Below are positions 49,857 to 63,719 of a stretch of 64,000 bases of DNA, in pieces. The position numbers were made by a program, and so were the translations under genes. The notes under the pieces were generated by a model that was not told where the DNA came from, made no database searches, and saw nothing but the letters and a program-made list of their open reading frames with translations. The number at the start of each line of letters is the position of its first letter. Within the stretch, counting starts at the first letter, position 1. This DNA is from Octopus sinensis (Eukaryota). Location of the stretch: assembly GCF_006345805.1 (NCBI RefSeq), contig NC_042999.1:137454001-137518000 (forward strand), given 5' to 3'.

Positions 49857-52800
49857 GTGGATGTACATATATTTAATAAGTGTCATGATTTATAATTTCT
49901 GCCGATTAAAAACTTCACACACGCATATAATGTTTCTACTAAAAGTATGTGTTTAATTGTTGTGTGTTGCATACAAGTGTGCGGATATTGTAAATCTAAT
50001 GAGTACATATTGCATGCATATAACCTGCATTAAAGTGTGCACATGTGAGTGTATTTGTCGACTATACATACTCAAACTGTATAAGCATATAGAACTGGGA
50101 CTGTTAGATTTATAATTAAATGAATGGGATGAGCAGAACAGGCATCGAATGCGTGTGCGTGTACATAATATGTAAATTGCGAATCAGTAGCATTATTTTA
50201 AGTTGAAGAGATGTGATGAGCGGAAAAGCTATAGAAGTGCGTGATTTCAAAATTGATAAATAAATAGAATAGAATTTCTTTAAATAATTTCGAAAGGCAA
50301 CGATCTTTTTTCTTTTTTTACTCTGACTGAATGAAACAATAAAAAAAGTGATGGGCCAAAAACTTGTTTCAAAAAAATTAATTAATTTTAAAGAGAAGCG
50401 AACTTCACCCACCCAGCGATAGCCGTTTAGGCACAGTAGGAATAGGGTTCAACTTCGATTAAATAGATACGAAGGTTTGCCGACTGCCAAAGCACGTTAC
50501 TTAATCTCTTTAACACTTTGTTTTATCAAACTTTTGTAAATCATGTGCATGAATGTGTGTGTGTGTATACAAAATTAGGAACTTGGAAAGACGTAGGATA
50601 AACAGAAAAGTTATCAAAATTTCTCAGATAAATGAAAACAGTATGGGAAACTATTGAGAATCTGCTAAGAAAGATAAAGTATAAGGAAAGGAAAGGCTCC
50701 AGTTAATTGAGCTTTTCAGTATATATATTACTTTGAAACCAGAACTGATTATTTCATTTTTAGAGAGAAAGTTTGTTTCATTGTTTTGCTTTTTAAGTAT
50801 ATTGAGAAACCCAAGAGTAAGATTTAGATCGGCAAAATCAAAATTATTTAAACGATATAAAAAAGAGGGGTTCGAAAAGATATGATCTAAAAGGGATAGA
50901 TGGTGATAGAAGGATGCGTAACAACTGGCTGGCAAGTTCCCTCCAGTTTAAAGTAAATCCGCATTGTACCACACGGACGCGCACACACACACACACATAC
51001 ATACGCGCGTACACATGGACATACGCAAAACTGTCGAGGTGAAGTAAAATTCCGTTGTCAAACCTAGCCACATGGCCACCAACCGAAGATAAACATACGA
51101 GTGTCATGCTAGCGTGCAATCAAACACAGTTTTGGAAATCCAGTAGAATACAGATGCAAAGAATTTTCGATAAAAACAAAAAGTTGAATTTAAACAATTG
51201 CAGTAAAGATTTTGGTTTTAATGTTAAATTTCTCGGGTAAGAAACCGATTTAGTAAGAGAAATTTAAATTGAATTTAAAAGAAATTTTAAATGAATTTAT
51301 GAGAATTTAAAATGGACAAGAACAATTGAACAGATAATTTTTAAAAATTAATATAGTTGAAGAGGCTGAATAAATAAAGTTGGACGTTAGATGGATATGA
51401 AGAAAGAAACACACTGAAAGTGTATACAGATATTAAAAAATAATTATCAAAATGTTGGTCTTAAGCAGAAAAGGTAAATTGATTTTTGGAGAGATCAGTC
51501 TTGTAAATTTGGTAAAAGCGGGTTCTATTATGCAGGCGCGCACACCAAACAATATAATGAAATGTAACAGTAATAAAGATTAGCTTAGATTTTTAATAAT
51601 TAATTCAATAATAATTGGAAGTATAGGAAAATATTTGTTCTGCTTGTGAAAATATCTGAGTGAATGGGTGAAAACATGTATTTGAAGCAAGAGTTGTTTT
51701 TTGTTTTTTTCTTTCATGCTCAACAGAAAAATGAATGAAACGGTCTTAGAATTGCAGAAAATGCAACAGAAAGTTATAGCAACAGAAGTTTGAGGAGTTT
51801 TGTTGTTGGCAATTGTTTATATTACTAAAATGAAAGATAAGAAGGATTCAAAGAAATAAAAACTTTTTATAAAAAAAAAAATCAAATCAAAGAAATCTAT
51901 CAAAATTCAACCAAGTTTGTCCCGAGGGATGAGAAATTAAGAAAAATTTATCACAATGCTTTTTTTTGCTTTTTTCATATATCCGAGAAAAAATAATAAT
52001 ACAGAAAAAAGGGAAAAGAAAAAAAAACTGCGGTAAGTTTGAAGGATGAAAACAATAACAGCAAAACTGAATCCCCATACACAACATATACAAACAGTAG
52101 TAAATAAACAAATTGACTTCTTTTAATTTTTTCTTTTTCTCTTCTAATATAGAAATATTAATTTAAAAGAGAAAACAAAATATCAACTATGCACAAGTCA
52201 AAGAGCCGTGATGAAAGTTGCGGTGTTTTATTATTATTTTTTTTTATGTTTCGTCCGTTGAAAAAGCGCTGTTTATTGCGAGAGAGAGAATGTAAGAAAA
52301 GCCAGTACTTACCAAAGCAGTAGGCTCCAGCCTGTCTCTTCTATGAAACAAGACCATTAACTACTGCGGCAATATTAACTTTCTGACAGAGATTCGCAGC
52401 AAGGGGACACAACTCTGATTCAACCAGCGCCAAAACTTTAATCATTCGCACGAACTCTACCACTTACAGCCTTCTATCTATATCAATAATCGTTATACAC
52501 TCACTTTCTGCTCTAGACTCACTAACCAGATTATCAATTTGTGTATCTTTTTTTCTGATTCATCATTTTTGCGTCAGTTTGATTTCCTTCACTTACGTGC
52601 TTACATTTAAACAACAAAGCATCTCTCCACACCTTTGACTAAACATACATTACATATTTATGTAATTTTTGTCACTCATTTTCTCCCTTTTCTCAATTGG
52701 ATATAATTATGCATACATACACACATGCATGAAAAAAAAAACAATATGTACTTATTGTTTTTGTTTTGTTTTTTTCATGTAAACATTCCACATATAGGAT

Positions 52801-54052
52801 AAACAGTTAATTTTATCGTTATGATACAAGATCTAAGATTTATTCACGAAGAGAAATTTAAATTATTTTCCTGCATTCTTCTCTTCGGTGGGAAAAGTGT
52901 AAATGTCACAATAATTTCATATACATTTTGAAAACATTTTTTTACAAAGTGATAGTGCTGGACTTTCTGCCCTTATACATTCAAATCGGAACGACTTGGC
53001 TTTTCATCCACGCCTGATCGATAATATGACTATCACTGGGCTCGATCCAGTTCACTTACGCTGTTCCCATACAAATTTGTGGCCCTGCGCTAATATTAGA
53101 TATTGTTAATGCCTTTTGGAAATGCTTGAACATCGCAACTTCATATTTTCATTCTCATTTAAAATTTATCTTTAACAATTATATTTTGTATTTTCTTAAT
53201 TCGTACAATTATGCACGTACTTGGGCACTTGCAGGGAGGAAGAAGTTATGAACATCATAACTCCAACTTTTCTTCTCGTTTGAATAAATCTTAGGTTTTG
53301 CGCCCGTATAAGAAATAAGCTCTCTTTTTTTTAATATTTCTTTTTCTACCAACAAACTTTTATTGAACTCACCTCAATGAATATATCCAATGAAGATGTT
53401 TAATGTGTTTTGGTTAAAAGCATCACCTTGGTTTTCATGTTTTGTTTCAGTTATTTTACTGTCTTCAGAATTCTGGAAGAGAACTTTTAATGTGTATCGT
53501 ATCGTCGTTACACGCCGAGAAAGATAGTGAGAAAGACCTTGTTTTTAAACCGTATTCTATATTGAATGAATCTTGCTGCAATTTATAAAAATCGATTTAA
53601 AGCACATTATATAAATTAACGACACCCCAAACTTTCAGAGTAAAATATTATTGTTGAAATATTGCTTATTTTTGAAAAGTTTTTTTTTTTTTCTATTTTC
53701 ATTCGAAATTGAGTACTATCGTTAAAGAGAATTATTAGAAATTAATACAAAACAAATATTTTATACTGCAATCGTATCGTTTAAAAAGACATGTAGAAAG
53801 GAGAGGGAGAATTCAATTTGTTGTTTTTGCCTCCTGCTCCTGACAGAACGAAAAGCTATGCAAATATAAAGAAATAAATAAATAATCAATAACATTCCAG
53901 ACTGTTGATGAATGTTTGAAGTATTTACCATTTTCAAGTTAGATTTAGTTGCACCGTAATAGCACAAATACACACACATAACTACATACATTTTTAGTTG
54001 CATATGTAATATATATAGAGAGAGATGCGCACACATTTATAAATATATACAT

Positions 54053-54086
<34 letters not shown>

Positions 54087-56524
54087 TAGCACATACACCA
54101 ACACACGCGTGTTGGGTTTTTTTTTTCTGTGGGATAATTTAAAATGATTTTTATATTTTATGAAATTCTTCGTTATAATTTTACGAGTTCTGCCAATAAT
54201 GAAATTGCTTTAATTTTCATAACTTTGATCCTACAACCAAAATTAAACATGGTTTTTGCGGACAAACGCAGTTAAAACTAATAATTTATATTGTAGTAAC
54301 ATTTCCAGTTAAATTTATAATTATCCGTGAAATTTTACAGAAAGAAATATATTCCCTTCAGAAATAAAGGAAAATTGATTTATATTTTCGATTTATTTTT
54401 ATTGTTATTTCGTCAATATTGTGACATGTGTGGAGCAGCAATAACTCAAAGATTTTGAATCCATGACCTATTTCTATCAATCGTTGGTTGAAACCATTTA
54501 CTGCGTTAATACCATTGAAAAATAGAAATAACTCTTGCCTAAAAACTAATAATTCATACTTAGTTGAACAAATTTCCCATATGATAATACCACAACAAAA
54601 TATAGCCTTTTTTTCCCGAGGATGGAAGAACTCTCTACCTGGTTCACGTAGTTCTTAGGTGCCTTTAATGAAGTTCATTCTGTTGTAAGCATTCAGAACA
54701 GACTCCTGATACCTTTTCCACACTCTTATCTGCAGACATTGATCCGCTGATGTTCACCCAAGGAATCAACAGCATCAATCTCATAGTTTAGGAAAGTCAA
54801 CAAAAGTCATTCATGAGCACTGCTTTTCATGCCCTACCTAACTTACATAGTTCCTCGTTTATATTATGATTTACAATCCCATACAATACATATAAATCAA
54901 CGAGAGAACCCTCTACATAGTTGCTTAGCCTGTTAGAAATACCCGCAAAATTTTCTCCCAAATCATATCCAAGAATATTTAATGTGTCCACCTAAGAGGA
55001 AGGACATATTAAATGGTGTATCCCTAGAGATACTGCGTCCGAAACACACACGGATGATCACAGCCGGAACGTTTGATTAAATCCGTTTGATCTGTGCTGA
55101 TCTAGGATTAAATAATAACCAACACCAATGTGTGCAATCAGACTACCTAGGGTATCAAGCGGTACCACAGTAATGGTAGATATGGAGTATTGATAAAATT
55201 AAATAAAAATTCAAAAACGTAATTTTAACAATGTGTTTTTTATTCTATTCTTTCATAAGTTTTATAGACTACTGCATTGTTGGGACATGCACTTTCAATA
55301 GTTGTAGCCAATTGTATCAATATCAGTATGCTCTCTGGTCTTTGTCTCATCGCTTTGGTAAGAGGATATAACAGCCGAGTCGACCTGAACGTTAAGGAAC
55401 GTAATTGGAGAAATGAAACAAGATTTTTTTTTTTTTGACTGATTCTCATGACTGGCTTCCATAATTTATGTCTACCAAATTTTCTTCACTACGTATATTA
55501 ATCGACTTGCAGTTATGTTAGAAGTTATTTGCTCAAAAAAAAATTTAACAATCTTGCCTAGGGTAGTCTGCGTAATTACTATTTATGCTCAACCAAACCC
55601 TAGTTAAGCTTATTTTGTGATAAGTAATTATGATGTCAGTATCTTTAATTTCAAAAGTTAAATATTTGAAGATGTCTGAATTTTGAAAAAGCTGGCGAAA
55701 CGGAAACCTCTACGTGTTTGTTCGGCCTGCCAGAGATTGTAGCGAAATAACCCTTGAATCACTCTTAAAAGAGGAAAGACACGTTAGTCTGATATATAAA
55801 GAGATCGATTGGTTATGGCAGGGATTATTTTGATCGGATATTTGCTCAATGAAGACTACAAGAAGATACTGTTTTACCATCAGAAGAATTCTCAGTTAAA
55901 AAAAATTATAAAATTATGCAAATCGAAAAAAAGCTATCGTTTTGAGCTAAACAACACCCACTTCTAAACAAACAGAAAACCACTCCTCTACTGCAAAATT
56001 CTTATCGGGATTTTTGATGAAATGTACATTTACAAAGAGAGAGAATAAGTATCAAGCAAAACGCTATGAATCATCCCAACTGAGAAAGTACATGAAGAGT
56101 CAAGTGTTTTGACAAACGTTTGCGATAATATGAAATCTACCATAATAGATTTAGGGAACAAACGTGCACAGTAATGGGCGTTTCTCACCTATTATTGTTG
56201 AACATCTTTTTCAAAACACACTATTTTGTCTCTCCACACCACAACATGTATCAGTCAGTAAACATTTCATTTATTGACGAAACAGTTTCACAACTTCACA
56301 AAACGAATTTTCTCTTGCTGGTTGTCAACAAAAGAGTTGTAATTCATAACACTGTTGATTTTAAGTTCAAAGCAGCAATTCTCATCTTTTAATAAAATTC
56401 ATGTCTGAGTATTGAACCGCTCTAAGTCAAAGCTATCAATATCAAGTATATACAGTTGACATAGATTGTTAGAATAAAACTAAAACATCTCAAATAATAT
56501 AAGAAGAACTGGGTTTATTATAAT

Positions 56525-56919
56525 GCTAGCAGTATCGCCCGGCGTTGCTCGGGTTTGTTTCGACCAGTTAGAATTGGAATTTTTGAAAAGTAAAAATTTT
56601 GCATTATGTAGCTTGTTATTCTCTTTAAGTGAACATTTTTCTAGTTGAAATACACCGAAAAATGGCGACATGGCAGTCAAAAAATCGTAAAAAATAGGGA
56701 TTTTCATAGAAAAAATGCACCTTTTTGATGTAAATAATTTTTGGTGTTAACATGGTCCGATTTGAATTTTTTCTTCTACGGAAGGAAGAGCAAGCCTTCT
56801 TCTATCATACTCTCAATTTTTGGTCAACTTGCGCCGCAGGGTTTCGGAGGAGCTAGTGTTAGTCGAAGGCTACCAAACCCGCCATACACAGACAACTTCA
56901 GCTTTATATAGAGAGAGAT
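56525..56919 (+). mobile_element. Non-autonomous Helitron/Helentron-like element, second subfamily
   Basis: Same 5' 35 bp and ...TATATAGAGAGAGAT 3' end as 12194-12562, different interior. Confidence 0.65.
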
Positions 56920-57414
56920 TTTGATTTTTCCAAAGACATTAGCTACACACACACACAGATAAAATTCGTTTTGAGGGATAATTTCACAATAAATTTTATG
57001 TACGAATTATTTATAGAAATTGATTTGGTATTGAGTCTTCCTATCAGTAAATGTTCTATTATTCTTACACTTTAGAATAACTTTAATTCAACAGACATGC
57101 ATCCGCGCGCACACACACACATTAGTTGGCAAGTGCAATAGTTGGAGCAGAACCGATGGTAACATTCCAACCAGTTATATACTATAACTAGTAATATGCT
57201 GGTTATTCTCATATTAACTGTATTTTTTTTATCTGGCTTATAAGTTTTTTTTCCTAAACGGCTAAACATGACAATATCTCATTTCTCCCCACATCACCAC
57301 AAACTCTCCCCATAATATACATAAACTCTAACATTGCAGCTCTTCATTAAAGTACTGTAGAGATTATCTACAAGTTCTCCAACTTTCCACCAAAATACTA
57401 ATGAAAAGATTTCT

Positions 57415-57690
57415 TGTGTGTGTGTATGCGTGAGTGCATGTTTGTGCCTCTTTGTCTAGACCATTGTGTGATAGTTGTAAATGAGTATCACTGTCATACA
57501 AGCAGTGTCATTCGTTTCCAATGTTCTATGAAAAAACATGTCTGACAATGAAGAAATATTTCCTTGCTTGGAAACATGTGAGGGTTAGTGATAGGAAGGG
57601 CATCCAACCATAGAAAATCAATCCCAACAAACCTTATCCAGCTCATGCAAACATGGAAAAGTGAACATTAAACTGGTGATGATGATGATG
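57415..57690 (+). mobile_element. RTE-tailed SINE-like repeat
   Basis: Reverse complement of the 7270-7570 family; (GAT)n tail. Confidence 0.65.
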
Positions 57691-57994
57691 ATGACATGTG
57701 TGTATGTGTGAATTTGAAAGATAATTACTTTTCAGTTACTTCAAGTTTATAGTCAGAGAGGCAAACATCTGATGGTATATCAATGAAGATGCTTTAGATG
57801 TTAACATAATTATCACTTGTGCTGAGGTCAATTCGTTCAATTAATATGCTGCCCATATTAACTTCTAGTTGGTTAACACCCAGTGCTATGAGGAAGTCAT
57901 CCTCAGAGCAGTGTACCACAGTGAGCTAGCAAACATGCAAAACACATACCTTGAGTATGTACAATTAATAATGCTTACAACACTAGCACTACTT

Positions 57995-58700
57995 TTAATT
58001 CATAGATGTGGTGTGCAAGAGAGACGAATGCACTGGTATGGTCATGTGATGCATATGGATGAGGACAGCTGTGTAAAGAAATGTTGATCTCTAACTGTGG
58101 AGGGAACCTGTGGAAGAGGTAGAACCAGAAAAACATGGGACATGGTGATGAAACATGATCCTTGAATGTTGGGTTTTACAGAGGCCATGATCTTTGGCGA
58201 TATGTTGTGCTTAAGAAGACTTGTCAAGCCAAGTGAAATCATAGTGGTGGCCTTTGCTAGTGTCATGTAAATGGCATCCGTGAAATCATAATCGTAGCTG
58301 TTACTGGTAGCATAATTTTTCAAATGTTGGGCCTCACAGAAGTGATGACAAGTGACCAAGACCTCAGCAATGTGCTGTGCTTGAGAAGACTCATCAAGCC
58401 GAGTGAAACTGTAGTCGTGGTTGTTGCCAGTGTCATGTAAATGATACCCATGAAATCATAGTCATGGCTGTTACTGGTATCATGTAAATGGCACTTGTGC
58501 TGGTGGCATGTGAAAAAGCACCCATTACACTCTTGGGGTGGTTGGTGTTAGGAAGGGCATCAAGCCATAGAAATCATGCCAAATCAGATTGGAACCTGGT
58601 GCAGCTCTCTGGCTTACCAGTTCTAGTCAAACCGTCTAACTCATGCCAGCATGGAAAGCAGATATTAAATTATGATGATGGTGGCGATGATGATGATGAT
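57995..58700 (+). mobile_element. RTE LINE 3' fragment with internally repeated 3' UTR
   Basis: agatgtggtgtgcaagagagacga...WYGHVMHMD...GRGRTRKTW, homologous to 18365-19044. Confidence 0.85.
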
Positions 58701-59096
58701 GATATGCATCATCATCACATACCACCAAAAGTTTCTGACACTATTTATAAAGTTTCTGACACTATTTCTTTATAGTCATAGACTGGTAATTCGTTTCATT
58801 CCCAGTTCAGTTCAGGTACATGATGTTGATAAGCCACAAAAATGGCAAAATATCAATATCCATCACTCCTGGATGAGACTGGTGGTGAGTTGTCTTTCAG
58901 GTGTTTTAACACCCAGTGCTATTAGGGAGTCATCCCCAGAATGCTGTACAGCAGCAAAATGGTGAACAGGCAAAACACATAGTTCTGTCTCTAAAATTCA
59001 TAACTGAATGTGTGTGTATATATATATATATATATAGTAGAATAATAAAAAGTAAGTTCTTGGTACAGTATTATATACCTGAAAAAATGAAGAGAC

Positions 59097-59206
59097 AGCT
59101 TTTTTAGGGGATAATTTATATTTTAATAATAGTGTTTACAGTGAGTTACCAGAGTAACTCACTGTAAACATTATTATTAAAATAAAAATTATCCCCTAAA
59201 AAAGCT
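59097..59206. repeat. Near-perfect 110-bp hairpin (53-bp arms, two mismatches, 4-nt loop)
   Basis: agctttttt-aggggataattt...gtgagttac CAGA gtaactcac...aaattatcccctaaaaaagct. Confidence 0.9.
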
Positions 59207-59368
59207 ATTTTTGTATTAGTTTAAAATAGCAATTTATGTATAATACTTAAAGCAGATACATCACAGAAAGCCCAATTAATTGTGAGATAGTATCAGTTAT
59301 AGACATACAGTGTTAAAACAAAAAATATATCAGTAGCATGCAAAAATTGTCCAGCAGTGATGATGACA

Positions 59369-59413
59369 TTGCTAGTTGTACATTTCTGCTTCATTGGGCT
59401 TCATCAGTAACAA
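59369..59413 (-). ncRNA. Decayed minimal type I hammerhead motif
   Basis: TTGTTA-CTGATGA-AGCCCAATGAAGCA-GAAA-T-GTAC-A-AC-TAGCAA: 6-bp stem I and palindromic loop III retained; U16.1 lost and stem II weakened. Confidence 0.4.
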
Positions 59414-59539
59414 GTATCCATTGGCAACTGCATGCTAAAAGAAAATCCAGGATTAGTGATATAGTAAAACAGTGATTGAAAAATCACTAATGTTGCTGAT
59501 TAAATAAAAATTTATTGTAAGAGTGTGTGTGCATATCTT

Positions 59540-60200
59540 TATCTTTAACTTGTTTCAGTCATGGGGCACCACTTTGAAGAACTTTAGTTGAACGAATCAA
59601 TCCCAGTACTTTTCTTTAAGCATGGTACATATTTTCACAGCCTTTTATGCCAAACTGCTATGTTATGAAGATGTAAACACACCAGTTCCAGTTCTCCTGT
59701 GGTAGTGGAAGGACAAACGAAGACACAAACACATACACACATAAATATATATATAAATTTAAAATAATAAGGGTGAAAAATTGAATATTAATTTGATTAA
59801 TATCAATTTAAAACCAGTGGTCTAGCATATTTAAAAATCTGAAGTTTCAGAAAAAATTATATTACATACATATAAAAGGGATGACCTGTAAGTGGACATC
59901 CATTATGCTAGAAGAAAATCCGCCATGGTCTTACCACTAAAAAAGGAATGTTCTCAAGAAAGTTTAGCAAACGCCAGAACGTAGCATAATGGATATCCAC
60001 TTACAGGTCATCCCTTTTATATATATAAATATGTATATGACAGGCTTCTTTCAGTTTGTATCTTCCAAATCCACTCAGAAGGCTTTGATCAGCCTGAGGC
60101 TTTAGTAGAAGACATTTGCCCAAGGTGTCATGCAGTGGGACTGAATTCAAACCAGTGCGTTTGGGAAGCAAGCTTCTTATCACACAACTATGCCTATGCC
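59540..60200 (-). mobile_element. Split tRNA-derived SINE (body 59540-59740, head 60030-60200) with intervening repeats
   Basis: Homologous to 6420-6818. Confidence 0.6.
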
Positions 60201-63200
60201 TATATATATATATATGAAATATAATCCTAGATATCTTCAAAAAAGATAGGGTGGTCATGACCAAAACTGTCTTAACACAGTATTATAAGCTCCAGGCAAA
60301 GTATCAGATTGGAAGCCAAGACTGGTTGGTTCATATAATTGCCTAGTGAACCCAAGTCTTAAAAGGGACAGGCCATGACTAATAAATTTTTTATTTTAAG
60401 TCAGTTCAGACAAGGTTGACATGAAGCAACAACAACTACCATCAAATACACTTCTTATTTTTTGGAAGAATGGTTCCTCTATCAAAGACATTAAAACCCA
60501 TCTCTTTTTATAGAGTTTGCTGGCTTGTTTAAATGGGGTTCTGTCAGAAAACAGAATGTGGGTTGGATTTGTTTTTTTGTTTTGTTTTTTTTTCTTAATA
60601 GAAATCCAAGATTGAGAATGAGCACACAAGAGGATTGAGAGAGAAAAGGGGGAGATAGGGAGGGGGTTGAGTGTGGTTGGGTGAAAGAAAACAAGAGGAG
60701 AAATAAAGAAAGATAATGTGGTGTAAAAGAAATGAAACAAAACTGCATATTTCCAATATCTGTGTTCATGTTTTGCACACTTTACGTTATCATTTTGCTT
60801 TTAGACAAGATGAGATATGGTGTAATCTCTTCAGTCCAAGACATTTCTATGCTATTCACAAACTATTTTGATTAAAGAATAAAAAACAAAATGCGGAGTA
60901 TCTAGTTCTAATTTGGGGTCATATTTCTCTTACAGAGCTGAAGTGTCCTCCTTCTATTATAATTCCATTCACATCTCAGATGCTTTTTAGGAATATAAAT
61001 TGACTCCAGTACTTGACTGCTACATTGCTTTATTGACAGCAGAAGGATAAAGGGCAAACTTGATCTCAGCAAGATTTGAACTCAGAATTTAAAGGACTAT
61101 AACCAAATATTACAATTAGAAACCCAGACCTTTGATCAAAGGCATTCCTGCCATGACCATCTTGATCTCCTAGTTATTGCATATCTAGAGCTATGTTATC
61201 CATTTGTTTTTGTTTTTATCTAAGTCATTTAGTGTTTGTTGTGCAAACTTAACTTCTATTTCTAGTAGAGCAAGTGACAATGTACAGGCTCCCTTTTTAC
61301 TAGTGTTGGTGTTCAGTTACAACTGACCTGAATTTTCTGGTTCACATTTCTCAATTGTTTTTATTTTCATTAATACTGTTTTTGTTGTTATTAGTGTATT
61401 TGTTATTATGAAATATCCTTTCAGATATTGCCCCTTTTTATTTCAATGAAGTAGTTGTTGTGTAGTCCTAGATCAAGCATACCTATGGTACACATCTGAT
61501 TGAATGAGTAGGTATGGTCCATGAACTATTATTCCTGGTATACCAGGCATTTACCTAACTGAGAGTAATATTTCACATTCCAATATGCAATGCTTATTTG
61601 TATGGATATACTTTATTTGCTCAATATGGACATATTGTATTCTCTCCCCTGTATGTTCACCTACTGGTCAGCTATGATCAGGTAAACCCATGATCAAAAA
61701 TGTCATAACTGCTACAATCCTTCCCAAGTTTCAAGAAAATGTTATTTTATCTCAAAGTCACAAATTATTTCCAATATCCCTATATCAGTACATTTCATAG
61801 ATTCTTTTAAGAGTTTCATTTTTCAGCTTAATGCTGCATGGACATAGAAACACTGCCCAGCTGCTGCAATAACTTTCAAGTTCATTCTAGTATGTGGTTT
61901 GTATTCTCTTGTGTCTGTCCTTTAACAGTTGAATTTCACTTAGCTCTACATTAGCTACAGCAGTGGCTGCAGTTGAAAATAAATCAATGAGTCTGATTTG
62001 CAATGTCAAAGTCATGTCCTTCTGTTGGGGTGGGGACAACACTTTGTAGACCAATATCCTACCCAGGTAAATAGTACCCTCTCATCAATTTAACATTGTA
62101 GAAACTGTAGCTAAGCTTCAGTTCCATGTATTTTTGTTTGCTCGTTTTGTGTGTGTTCATGTGATTCAACAAAGGATATTCACTACCATTTGATATTGCT
62201 TTCACATAACCAAAATAACTGACCTCCACATAACCAAACCATTCTGCTTCCATTTCAAAAACACTCTGACTGAAATATTCCACTTGTATTCCTTGCTGCT
62301 AGAACAATAGGTGCATTGAAGCATGTCAGGATCTTGTATATTATCAGTATCATCATCCCTGCAGATAGGATGCAATTGTTTATTGCAACACTGCTTTGAT
62401 TGTGGCTAAGGTCTTCAGTAAGATTCAAATTCATCCAAATACCATAAGGGGAATCGCTAAGCAGGATTAAAGTACTGTGGTCTGTGTAAGCATGGAAAAT
62501 TTCCACATTTAGAGAAAAACATTGAGATTAGCTACTGAGAGATGCCATCTACATGAAAATTAACAGTTAAGCAGGGGTGAAAATATTTAATGCAGAGCAT
62601 CAAAAATTTAATTAGAAATACAAACCCAGGAAGAAAGGTGTACATCAATTATGAGATTGTGTGATGGCCATGGATTCTCCATAGGTGTATGCAAAATGAA
62701 CTGGAAATTAAACCAGGATTATAGTTTTTAATTAAGATTTGGAAATATCTTTGGATAACTTGATATTATAATTTATATTGGCAAAATATCATGAATTTGA
62801 AGGGAATGAATTTAATAAATGGAAGCAAATGGCAATAGTTATTTGGTATTTATGTTATCACTCCTGGAGGGATGAAAAGCAAAATCAACCTGTGTGAAAT
62901 TTGAACTCAGACAAAAAAATGAGACAATACTAGTTATTGTCAGTTACCATACTATCCTTCCTACTGCATCACTTTAAAGAACCTAATATTTAGTTGTCTT
63001 TATGCATAATAGATAAGATAGGGGCAATATATGTAATCTAAAATGCTCACTGGAAATAAATATGTGCTAAGGATAAAAAATGACATTAGTCAGTAACTAT
63101 TATTATTTTCTTGTTTGCAAGTAAATTGTACATTATTTTCAGATCAACAAAGCTAGTTTGATTTTTTTCTTTTTTACCTTTTTTTGCTTTTTTTCTCCTT

Positions 63201-63719
63201 ATTTCCTGGACAATCAGTTAGATATATCTCAAATTTCAGCGGTGTTCTCTGAAGTTAGAATTTTTTTTTCATCAGTTTGCTGGTTTGCATTCAACCCATA
63301 TGTTTCTATGAGTGTACTTTTTGTGGGGAACTGTGGCTGTTGAAACAGGATGTGCTAAGCATTATAATATGGTATAACTGAACATCACTTTATTTAAATA
63401 AATACCATATGTTTAAATGACAATAAACTATCTTTATGAATAATGCAGAAAATGTGATATAAAGACAAATACTGTAGAAGCAAATCATAGAACATTCATA
63501 ACACACTGTCCTATTAGGTAGATAGGTAAAGTTTGTGTGTGTTTGTGTATATGTGTATGTATGTATATTGGTTTGCTAGAACAAACAAGGTAAAGGGAAC
63601 TCAGTACATGAATATATATGCTTTATTATTTTCAATTGGTAGAAGTTATAAAGTGACTCAAAGGCCAAGAATTTCATGATTATATATTACATACATAATA
63701 ACATACATGATGATTGCTC

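Noticed and set aside
49240-49956. Six overlapping 160-216-aa ORFs
   Set aside because: All derive from the TA/CA minisatellite; no coding signal
53420-53470. Minus-strand CTGAAGA-CAGT-AAAATA-ACTGAAAC hammerhead-like string
   Set aside because: No stem III/GUH and no stem I pairing
55139-55570. Short inverted match CAGACTAC-CTAGG as possible MITE TIRs
   Set aside because: Only ~13 bp with a gap, no TSD, interior contains unrelated SINE remnants
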